Below the pieces are notes generated by a model that ran no database searches, was not told the DNA's origin, and saw nothing but the letters and a program-made list of their open reading frames with translations. Made by a program: the position numbers and the translations under genes. From Balanoglossus misakiensis (lineage: Eukaryota > Animalia > Hemichordata): 64,000 nucleotides of DNA. The stretch's first letter is position 1; each line of letters begins with the position of its first letter. The stretch is from contig CM082592.2 in the NCBI GenBank assembly GCA_040954595.2, positions 6,303,531 through 6,367,530 of the forward strand, in the 5' to 3' direction. Shown piece by piece: positions 27,701-38,090 of this stretch.

Positions 27701-30700
27701 AGGAGAATAACAATGAGGTTGCCAAGGAGACCAAGACGGACATTACCGTGAACGGGGACGTAAAGCCCGTGAACGGAGTTGTGGACGGGATCTCCGAGGG
27801 AGACGGGGAGGAGAAAGAGGAAGTGAGTCCCGAAGTTGAGAAGGCGGTGAAAGTCTTGGCAGATTCAATAGATACTTGTAAGTGGGTTGTTGTTTTTTTA
27901 CAAGCCCAGAAATATTCATCCGTCAATGTCTGTACTGTGCAGGAACAATATTAAGGCACGTTTGGCAAATGCGGAGTTCTGGCTAAAATTAGTCAATAGG
28001 ATAAATCACCCAATTATGTTGCTGAATGACTGGCTGTTTTACTGGTTATTTTGCCACATGGCTGGATGAATTGTTAATGAACTGGCTGTATGTCGGATTA
28101 TGATTTACAGTTGGATAGGCTGCAAATACCATTTCTATGGTCAGTTTGACACCACTGTGAAGTGATGCAGTGTTTAAAAGACGATGATCGGCCTGCTCGT
28201 ATTTTTTCGTTGTATTAATGATTTCGCCTTATGATTTCAGCGTCAAGAGGGCAGTGAGTAGAACAGTCCTATTCTTTGATCTGAGTTTAAACGCTTGACA
28301 TATCGTGCTGAAGTTAAATGCTGTCAGGTTGTGGCAGCAAGAGAAGTGTGCTTGTAATACACACAGTTGCACTTAACAAGAAGCTTTCAGCATTGACATG
28401 TGGCCCGCCATGTTAAATTTCTCAAAATGTGGTCCAATTCTCCCACCTAAATCTTGGCACGACAGTTGAAGTTATTTCTCATTTTTTGTTCTGATGGTGA
28501 TAATTTTGTGTTTGATTTTCAGATGATCAGAATCACAAAGAGATTGTACAGAAGGCCGCTACCATGGCGGGATCGTTGAGCGACACAGAATTCGATATCC
28601 GTTTTAATCCCGACGTCTACTCGCCCGGGGTCAAGCATGTCCAGCCAGAGGTGAAAAATGCCGTGCGAATGCACACTATGGTTTTCTTTTTGAGTCAAAT
28701 GAATGCTTGGGTTGACTGTATCATTCATGGACTACACGGTGTTGTGTGAGATGTCATCTACGCACCTTAAAATCCATTGACAACAGACAAGAAAAGATAA
28801 CTAGATCCTCTACTTTCTTTTTAACAGGGTGATTACTTGAAAAGACAGAAACAAGTCATCAAGGATGCTGCACACTTTCTCATTACGTACCAAATTCCAT
28901 CTCTGGTAAGAAAACTGAATGTGGTTACTTCCTGATGTACCGGTATGTCTGCAGTGACCCCCACCCCTGTCGAGTTGTGAAATGTGTTTACTGCTTTACT
29001 AGATCACAGCGGAAATTTTATGTTTGCAGCCTTTTTTAGTCAGGAAATTATTAATTTGAACAGAAGCCTGACACGCTGAACATTTTTCTCCTTTCCAGAT
29101 CAAGGATTGCCTCGAACACAACATTGCACCCATTGATGGAGTCTCGCTCTCAGAAATCATGCATCAGAGGTAAGTCACAGTAGTTGCCATGACGAGAGAT
29201 TTGCAAAACTTTGTGTCTTTTTTTATGTGTTGACTGTCTTTTTGATTGACTTTGTTTTCTTACTAATCACTCTCTCCCTCAGAGGAATAAACATCCGCTA
29301 TCTCGGCAAAGTTGGAGAGCTGGCTGCCAAGGCCCCATCCCTGACTTATCTCCATGTAAGTACAAATCACACTGGAGTTTTTCTTGTCAAAATATTTGAG
29401 TTCAGAAATGGCATTTGGCCCACATGAGAACTTGCTCAGTGACTTTGAACAGAAAATGCTTGTGGTGATAACAATTGTCTTTTCATGGTTATGTAGTCCA
29501 GAAATTCATTTGAAGACTTTGTGAAAGTTATGTGTTCACCATTTTGTTTCAAAAATTACTAACAGTTTTCTTTAATTAAATTACTTTTTTAGAAACTGAT
29601 CGTGACAGAGATCATCAGCCGATCTGTGAAGCATCTGTTTGTGTCCTACCTTCAAGGCGTCAGTCCCGTCAATCTCTCTGCATCCCTCAGTCATTTCCTG
29701 AACTGCTACCTGGGGTCGTTATCTTCACCACAGCCACAGATAGCTGATGAAAGGGTAAGGCTGCTGACCTATGACCTTTTACCTCTGACCCTTGAACTTA
29801 TTTGGGATATGGTCTACTGTTTCTTTACTTCTGAATCATTAAAACTCCTGCTATGGTCAAACTCTTGGTGACGACCTGAGAAAAGGGAAATATCACCATA
29901 AAAGCGTGTAACTCCAAGTGAAATTCAGTTTATATCAATCATCCAAAAAGCAATTTTTTTAAAATTCAAATATGGTGAAAACCCCCAATGTGGACTCGTA
30001 TTTTTAGCTGTAAAAAATATTGTGTACTCTGCAATGCGCAAGCAGCATGTGACCTGTGTTGTTTCTTTACAGCTTGTCAATGCACACAATAAGAAGAAAA
30101 AGAACAAGAAGAAGTCTAGATATATATCAACATTAGGACAGGGTGAGTGAAAAATCACCTTTACTTTTAGGTGTTATGATTAGAGTACTTCAGTTGTAAA
30201 AAAACAAATTAAAATAACATCTGCATGAAAAAATGAATAGGTCACTTGCAGGCAGTGAACCAACAGAAGCCGTTATGTTCTATGTCGAAAAATCCTTGTC
30301 TGCATGATATATTGACAGAGACCGACTCATCACTTTACAGATAGCACAGCGTGGTCGACCTTGACTCCAGCAGAGATGTGGACCAATATCAAGGCCGAAG
30401 CCAAGGAGTATTACATGTTTAATATTGAATGGTACGTTTGAGTCTCGTTTTTTTGTCACAGTCTGTGGTTATTATGATTCAAAAAGCCCTTGGGTTTTTC
30501 AGCAGCACACACAACTACAAGTCAGTCTATATGTGTCTTTTTGCATTCTCGTCGACAGTGAAAGTGTCGATTCTGCCGTTGAGCGCTACCACATTCAGAA
30601 GATCAGCCTACTGAGAGAGTTCTGTCTCAAGGCCGGCGTGCAGATGGTGCTGAAAGAATACAATTTCGACTCCAAGCACAAGGCGACATTTACGGAGGAG

Positions 30701-33375
30701 GACATCATGAACATGTTCCCCGTGGTCAAGCACGTGAATCCAATCGCCAGCGACGCCTACAGTTTCTTCCAGAGCGGCCAGGCCAAAGTACAGCAAGGTC
30801 TGTTGTCCTTCCGAGACAAACGACTAATATTACGATTGGAAGAATTTTTAATTTCACACTTTACTGGCTTTCAACCAAAAATTTACAAAAGCAATGTTTT
30901 TTTAAGTAAGCATAGTTACATATTTTGAAAAACAACATTGCTGTGGAAAGTTGGAATTTGATGATAATTAGTTCTGAAAAGTAAAACAAATAATTGCACT
31001 GTGACCTGAACTTCGTAACACATTGCATTCTTCTCCAGGTTATGTGAAGGAGGGTTTTGAACTGATCAACGAATCGCTCAATCTATTCAGTAATGTTTAT
31101 GGACCAATGCATCCAGAGTTTGCAGCCTGTCTCCGATCTCTCGCGAGGTTACACTACATAATGGGTGAACTCAATGAGGTAAGCATCGCCATGGCAACTT
31201 CAGAAGATATATGACCCCACTGTTGCGTGACCTCAACTGTTGGAAAGGAAATGTGCTTATAGCCCTCTGCTGTAGCATTGTTAACTTACATTTATGGAAA
31301 TTGATATTTTTCAGGCCATGGAGATGCAACAGAAAGCAGTCATTATGAGCGAACGCTGTCTTGGGGTTGACCATCCCAACACAATTACAGAATATGTAAG
31401 TGTGTCATTAATGAGAAAGTCAAAAACATAAAGTTTAACTGCACAAAATCATTTTGGAATCCAGTGTGACACACGCTCAAAAAAGATGTACTGGTATGTA
31501 GCACCCAAAAATTGGGGAACTGTTTTAAAGTCATGAAGTAGAGTAGATAAACATACTTGTTTGTACAGGTTCCTCAAAATTAACAGAAATAGCATTTTTT
31601 TATCCCAGCTTCATTTAGCACTGTACTGCGCCGCCGGACAGCAGATAGCCACAGCATTGAAACTCCTGTACAGAGCGAGGTACCTTGCATTGCTGCTTCA
31701 TGGGGAAGACCATCCCGAAGTTGCTCTCATCGATGTAAGTACGATCTCAAAATGAGTAACAGTTGAAGTCTTGAGACACAAAATGAAATAGCAGTGCTAT
31801 TTTAGATGGTATCCTGTTCAGGTATTGACTGGTTCGTAAATTGTTTTCGTTTTCAGAGTAACATCGGTTTGGTGCTGCAAGGGGTGGAGGAATACGAGCT
31901 TTCACTCAAATTCTTACAGAAGGCACTAGAAAACAACATCAAATTCCACGGCTCAAAGAGTATGAAGACATCACTGAGGTACAGACACTTATATTGAAAT
32001 ATTGAATGCACAAGTTTACTTAGGGCAAACTTTTTATCATGTTTCTCATTGTAAGCATCTTGACAATGTGGGTCAGTTGGTTAGTCTATGTATTAAAAAA
32101 ACTACTTGAAACATGAACATTTTGTGATCAAATTAAGTCATGCAGCAATGTGTGTCAACAAAATATGTGATTGTATTTCACAGTTACCACTTGGTTGCCA
32201 GAGTGCAGTCTTGTAAAGGAGATTTCAGAGCAGCTTTGCAGATGGAGAAGGAAACATATAACATCTATAAACACCATGTGAGTAGTTAAACATTAGCTGT
32301 GTCCTCCTGCCTTTCATTTTTGTTACTATCTGGCTTTCCATTATATTCTGTTCAGTTGTAGACCGCCCAAAACTCTTGGTCACCTGTGTCCATGACTGTC
32401 ATATGCTAATTCCCTGCCAGTACCACATACAACCGTCCGACAGCCTCCATACATGATAAACCCATCACCCAGTTCAAACACAATGTTGGGCTCCCCAGTC
32501 AAAGATGGAGACGAAATCATTTATTTACTGTTTTTGATTTCAGCTGGGCGAGCAACACGAGAAGACCAAGCAGAGTTTGGAATGTTTGAGACATCTCACA
32601 CAGCAAGCAGTCAACCTCCAGAAAGCAGTAAGTACAAGCACTTAACTGAGTGCTTATTTAAAATAAGGTTTTCAAATTTGATATTCCTCATTCATGTGCA
32701 AGTATGTGCAATTTTCATGTGTTCCAGAGCACAAATGATAAGTAAAGACCATTAAATTCTTTTCCTTACAAGCTCGAAAAGTCACCTTTCCTACTGTTTT
32801 CCGCAGATGAATGAGCTGTACAAGAGCGGGGCAAAGGCAGCCGTACAACAATTCAACATCTCGCCACCTCCAATGAACACAGTCATCGAAATGATGAACA
32901 TCATCAACGGCATTCTCATCATCTCGCTCAGGTGAGTGGAGCATTGTGGAATGTTTGCTGTGCATGAAATGGTTTCAAAGTTGGGAAATTTGTTCTTGTG
33001 GGGATCCCAATTAGAATTTCTCTTCAAACTAAAATGTGAGCACTTATGTACAAACCTGTCTCAGTCTATGTATATCTGTGTGCCATGCAGTCCAACCCTG
33101 AGTAGAAAATAAACAACCAACATCTAATGATTTTGTCTTTCACTCAATTTTTCCCCTGTAGCCAAAAGGACATTGAAAAGATCGCCGAGGAAATGGAGAA
33201 GGACATGACAAACGGAGTGGAGAAAGTCAAGAATGCCGTGACAGCAAAGACAGACGACTCAGACACCCCTAAAATTACAGAAGTGGAATCATCCGCGGAG
33301 GATGAGAAGCCAAGTGAAAATGGGATGGCAGAGGAAAAAACAGGAGCACAAGTCATTGATTCCGCAGCTCACTGA
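6723..33375 (+). CDS. CLUH: Clustered mitochondria protein homolog (clueless/CLU1), ~1444 aa
   Basis: 30 in-phase GT-AG exons totalling 4335 nt: 6723-6846, 19944-20101, 21042-21213, 22974-23123, 23676-23867, 24244-24328, 24482-24607, 24781-24884, 25203-25431, 25742-25844, 26053-26265, 26526-26700, 26937-27042, 27378-27877, 28523-28650, 28828-28905, 29099-29169, 29283-29355, 29593-29754, 30073-30142, 30341-30431, 30559-30797, 31039-31178, 31315-31395, 31609-31734, 31857-31978, 32184-32277, 32544-32627, 32807-32931, 33162-33375. CLU motifs: [97 protein letters not shown] and C-terminal TPR repeats. The first exon is assigned by phase and context and is less certain. Confidence 0.95.
7320..7399. 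mobile_element. Small degenerate MITE-like inverted repeat
   Basis: Ends TACTGT...ACAGTA. An imperfect internal inversion pairs aaacatgtccaccc with the reverse complement aaaaatgttcaacccc. Confidence 0.35.
7522..7581. promoter_or_regulatory. Cluster of three extended AGGTCA half-sites (ERR/NR5A type) in CLUH intron 1
   Basis: CAAGGTCA at 7522, TAAGGTCA at 7549 and TGACCTTG at 7574, all within 60 bp. Confidence 0.45.
15924..16689. mobile_element. Non-autonomous DNA transposon with long TIRs and 8-bp TSD (Merlin-like; MULE or hAT not excluded)
   Basis: Left TIR 15924-16023 and right TIR 16603-16689 are exact inverses over 87 bp, apart from one extra 13-bp internal repeat on the left. Ends are GG...CC. 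The direct repeat GAATTTAA flanks it at 15916-15923 and 16690-16697. Further inverted blocks lie at 16048-16078 and 16447-16480. No transposase ORF. Confidence 0.9.
17682..17703. repeat. Dispersed-repeat fragment (second copy inverted at 26779-26800)
   Basis: tggcagccattttgaatttcaa matches the reverse complement of ttgaaattcaaaatggccgcca at 21 of 22 positions. Probably a remnant of an old interspersed repeat. Confidence 0.45.
18130..18990. promoter_or_regulatory. Cluster of TGACCTTG (ERR-response-element-like) sites in CLUH intron 1
   Basis: TGACCTTGA at 18185 and 18578, TGACCTTGG at 18632, TGACCTTGT at 18980 and TGACCTTT at 18243. Confidence 0.45.
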
Positions 33376-36300
33376 GTGATTAAAATTGATTTCTTTTTGA
33401 GTTCAGAGAATAATTTTGTAGGACACCAACTTTTGTTTTCCACTGAGACCTTGAAAATAACTTTGACAAATAATTTAGAATGTGTGTAATGGTCAGGATA
33501 AATGGAAAAGAGAGGGCACAGATTAAAATTACAAAATTTACTGCATTGTCTTTTGGGGTACTCTCATCTGCCATAGGTACTGTTCAGGGCTGGTTAGTAA
33601 GTTTGAATTCTGTTTGAAAATGAACCCTGTTGGTTTGCCGAGTGTTTTGTCCTTTCTCTCTGGTGGGCGATGTGGTTGTCGTGGTAACCGATTCGTGTGC
33701 AGTCTTCCGCCACTTTGTCGTGCGTGGCTTGAGTCGAATATTCAGTTGCATGGCTGCTGCACCGAGTGACATCAGCTGGAGTTAGTTGTAAGGGGCCTTG
33801 TGACCCTCAACACTTTGTTTTGGGGGAGGGGTCATGGAAGAGTCAGGAGGGGCATAGCACAGCAGTTACTAATATCGCAACGCTTTGCCAAGATTTGTAG
33901 CTGTACTATAAAGGGGGTTAAAAAAAGCTTTAATTTTACATTCAGACAATTTACATAGATGTGTGGTAGATCAAAGTGGTAAGCATTCATTTTATGTTAA
34001 CCTTCGTATTCGGTTTTCATGAGGTAGCAATGTTAGCTGAACTCAAGTCGTGTGCTGATTTGGTAGTCTGGGAAAATTCCTGTCCATTGCCCTGATTTTT
34101 GTAATCGTGTGGTCAAAAGTGTGTCAACCATTGGCCAAGCCACCTGCAGTACTTTCTGAACCTTTTATCGTTTGAATTTATCTTTAATATTTAAAGTTTG
34201 TCGCACGTTGAGTGTCTTGTCTCAAGACGGTTGACAATCTTTCAGAGAATCGATTTCTGTTCTGCATGGCAACAGTGTGAACATCATTAACAGGTCACAT
34301 TTGGCGGACTTTTCATGGCCACAAAGGTAACCAAAAATAAATCATGCTTTAACCCGTGGACCCCCCATTTCTTGCATAGAAGTCCAACCTTACCGTAGAA
34401 AACAATGGATTTGGACCAAACCGTGGAGGGGAAAGGGGTAGTGTTACCCTCTTTTCCTTCAGGTGGCAATGAATTTTCCTCTGAAGGGCTGTCAAGCCTA
34501 TATCAAAATTTGGGAAACTAGAGGTCTGTGTGTACAGCTGGTGTTACTCAACAAAATGGAAAATGATAGGGAATTTTTGTTTTGCATAAAAACCACAAAA
34601 AGCATAAAAAAAAGGTTTTCAAAATATTTCCATTCCTTACTTTTTTAAACCCTCATGTCTTTTGATAGAATGGTTGCTTTCACCTGGTATTTCTGTCATT
34701 CCAAACATGTTTTGAAGAGAATACCCTTTCCCTTGCACTGCCGACTGGGCTTTCAGTTTGTTGTTTATTAAAATGTGACAAAAACAGCATTTTGTTCACA
34801 TCAAAAATTATTTCCAGTGTTTAAAAGATTTGACAATTGTTTTCCTTGTTTTACATCAAACCTATTGGGGCATATATTAGTTACAGTGTGTCTTTTGGCA
34901 ACTTTAAATGCTGTTTACATGCACTCAGTCACAAGTTTATGTATCAGGTTACCATGGATACAGGACTTATGACTCGACTGGTCGTAGATTTTCAGCGTTG
35001 AGGCATATGAAAAGAAATTAGGAACCAGGTCATCTTATTTTCTGCAAAACCAATGACTTGAAATCTTCCCATTTGAAGGGTTTGGCGGACATTTGCAATC
35101 TCAAATACTGGTCATGTTGGTTAGGCTCCCGTTTGGCAAATCCAGAACTTTGTGTTGTGACCTGGAATATTTGACTGAGTCCAAACATTGACCGAGTCTA
35201 AACTGTATTACCTGCAATAAATCTCTTTTTGTCTTCCACTAATAGTGACCATATGTTTGAGTGGTATTGTAATTCTAGCAAATCCACAAACCTTATTGCA
35301 CTTGGTGCCAGAATTTATCTATTCTGAAACGGCTGAAAACTCGTGAAACAAGTGTCAGTTTTATTTGTCCGTGTTGAAAGTTTTGGGGTGTGACATCCAA
35401 TTTCTTGCAAAAATAAGGGTGATTTGGTTGATAATTACAGGATTGTTTTTTACTAGCAATTTATTGACAAAAGGATTCCCGGTCCCTGTTAGAATCTAAA
35501 ACGTTGACTGCATTTATAGAATAGTGGGCATTATTTTTGTGTGTGTGCATTTTCTAGAATTATATTCAAGATCTGATGGTGTATAAATTAATGTCCACAG
35601 TCAAGAGAAAATGAGTGTATTTTGATCATGTGGGGAAAATATTAAAATTTGTTTCTTCTGTATTGTTTTAACAAGTTATGTTTTTTTAGTGGCATTACAA
35701 CTAAGACAAACACTGTATGGGCATGTGTGTTCAAAATAGGATCTTTTCACCCGATGGTTAATAAAATTAACCAAATTGTCACTGTATGTTTAGTTGTTGA
35801 AGTAGCGCTCAGCGTTTGTAGGGGCTTTGTCGTGGTTTGAAAAACAATTTTGTGTTTTATTAGTTGTAGAGGTAGTGTGTAGAAATAAATTGGGTTTATT
35901 GAAACGTAATGCCGCTATGTACTTGAGTGCACATTTTGATCTGTGGTAGACTGGAAAATGTTAACTGTGTAGGATTTGTAGAATCTATAAATGACAGGGT
36001 GTGGAATAGGCATATTTTGAATCTGAAATAATTGTTGGTGCTTTCACTTTGACACAAATTCAATTTTTATATCCAGATTGTACGATTTTTTCCCCCTTGA
36101 GTGATGTTTTAAAAAAATGTCTATTTAGACTTAGAGGAGTGATGTTGACAATTGCTGGATTGGACCATAGACACCCGTGTATACGATTTTGCGTAGTGAA
36201 TACATCACTCATAGTTTGGTTTTCCTAGATGATTTTGAACTAATGTTTGTTAACTGTGTGTGCAATTTGAAATAGCCATCAGTATTGTGTGTATTCAATT

Positions 36301-37912
36301 TTCTGTGTAAGTTATTTTTTTCTGTGAAGTTAATGCATGATTTGAGTGTTGCCAAGACATGTTTTTTTCATATTAATTAATTGAACTCATCTCCCCCCCC
36401 CCCCAAACAAATAATCGCTTCCCTTTCGTAGTTCAGAATTGCACAATTCACCGGTAATGTACCGTGGTATACAAATGATGTACTGAAATCTGCTTGACGA
36501 CAGAGCCATGAAACCCATCTTCCCAGGTTATACATGTCAGCTAAACAAGGAAGACACAAAAATGAACTTTCTGCAGTGATCTTTTGTGTACAACTATTTG
36601 AAGTGCATCTTCTTTGCCACTGCAGCAAATGAGCTGGCCATGCCCTTGTCACCTCTATCAACTATGCAAGCAAGTCAAAATAATCAATGTTTGTTGTATT
36701 AAATGCCATTGTCAATTCTTTTCCTAAATAAATGTTTCAGCGATGGTCCAATGATATAATAATCCAAATATGTCCTAATCAAAACCAAATTTCCATGTTT
36801 TTAAAGTTACTGTTGAGATTTTATTTTACTGTCTTTTACAAATGTAGCTGGATACAAAACCTGTTCATAAACATGAATTTTCTCTTTCTTTATTAGACCA
36901 TGTGTATGTCTTATTTTATTTTATTTTTAAATCAGCAACCTTATGTTTTCTTGTACATGTAGTTCACAGTGGCATCTGATGCCCATTGTACTCTCAGACC
37001 AGAAAATAATGGTGTATTTGATTTTAGACCTTTAGTAGATTTTTATTTGTATTATAAACATAACTGTAAAAGCAATAATTGCATATCAGAGATGCTGACA
37101 AAATAACAATTGCTATGCCTTTCCACCTCCGTTCTTCCCCCATATCATCGTGTTTACATTTTATCAAATCTTTATAAGATAATGTCCTAAATCTCAATAA
37201 TGTTTGCGAGTTTTCAACAGTAACAAATCTGCAGCTCATTTTCTAAATGTGACCAAACCGGTCAAACTTTGCCCTCTGACCCCGCGACCTATGACATCAC
37301 ACAGATGTTTTCTGCAGGGTTGATAATGTTTAATACATCACAGACACAGAAACGTGCGTATTTTTACATTGGTGTGCACGGCTGATTGATCCACGTTGGT
37401 TTCTAGTTCTTATTCAAAGAGAGTGCCCTCATTGACTTTGAAAATATTTTGGAGAAAAAAAAAATGCATGCGTGTTGAGTGATGCTAGTTTCTCAGGTAA
37501 AAGCGGTGTGGCAGAGTTTTTCTTGAGGAAAGGGTGTTAAATTGGTACTGTTATGTAAGTTTTGCATTTTGTATAGGAGGCAGAAATGACAAGCAAATGC
37601 TCTATTTAGGAAAGAAAAAAACTAATAAAAACCCAGTAACAATTAAATGTATATGCATAAATGTACTGTGCGTGTAAAGTTTGTAAAGAGCAATAAAAGG
37701 AATAAAATGGAACATACCCAAAAGTGTATACGTAGATGTTATTTGTAGTGTATTCTATCGGTTGTTGTCTAGAAATGTCCAGTACATGTACTGTATTGAA
37801 AGGAACATCCTCGTTTTGACACAGAAAATCACTAAAATACAACAAAGTTAAATGCAGACTTTTCCTAGAAGTTACAAAAGCAACGTCTACAAGAGTACAT
37901 ACTATAAATAAC

Positions 37913-37918
37913 AATAAA
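37913..37918 (+). terminator. Distal candidate polyadenylation signal of the long CLUH 3' UTR
   Basis: Last of several plus-strand AATAAA hexamers (35216, 35760, 35884, 36727, 37624, 37692, 37701, 37913) in a T/GT-rich tract downstream of the CLUH stop. Confidence 0.35.
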
Positions 37919-38090
37919 ACCAAAATTCAAATGTGCATTTTAGAAAATTTAATTTTGATGAAATTACACTATGATAGGATCCCCACTTGTTGCACAATAC
38001 ATGCAAATGCTTATACTACTTGACTGGCACATTTGTTCCGAATATAACCCACAGATTCAAAGGGCTACGGGGTGTGCCAAACAAGAACCG

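Noticed and set aside
27318-27926. 202-aa Ser-rich minus-strand ORF
   Set aside because: Antisense shadow of the acidic CLUH exon 14.
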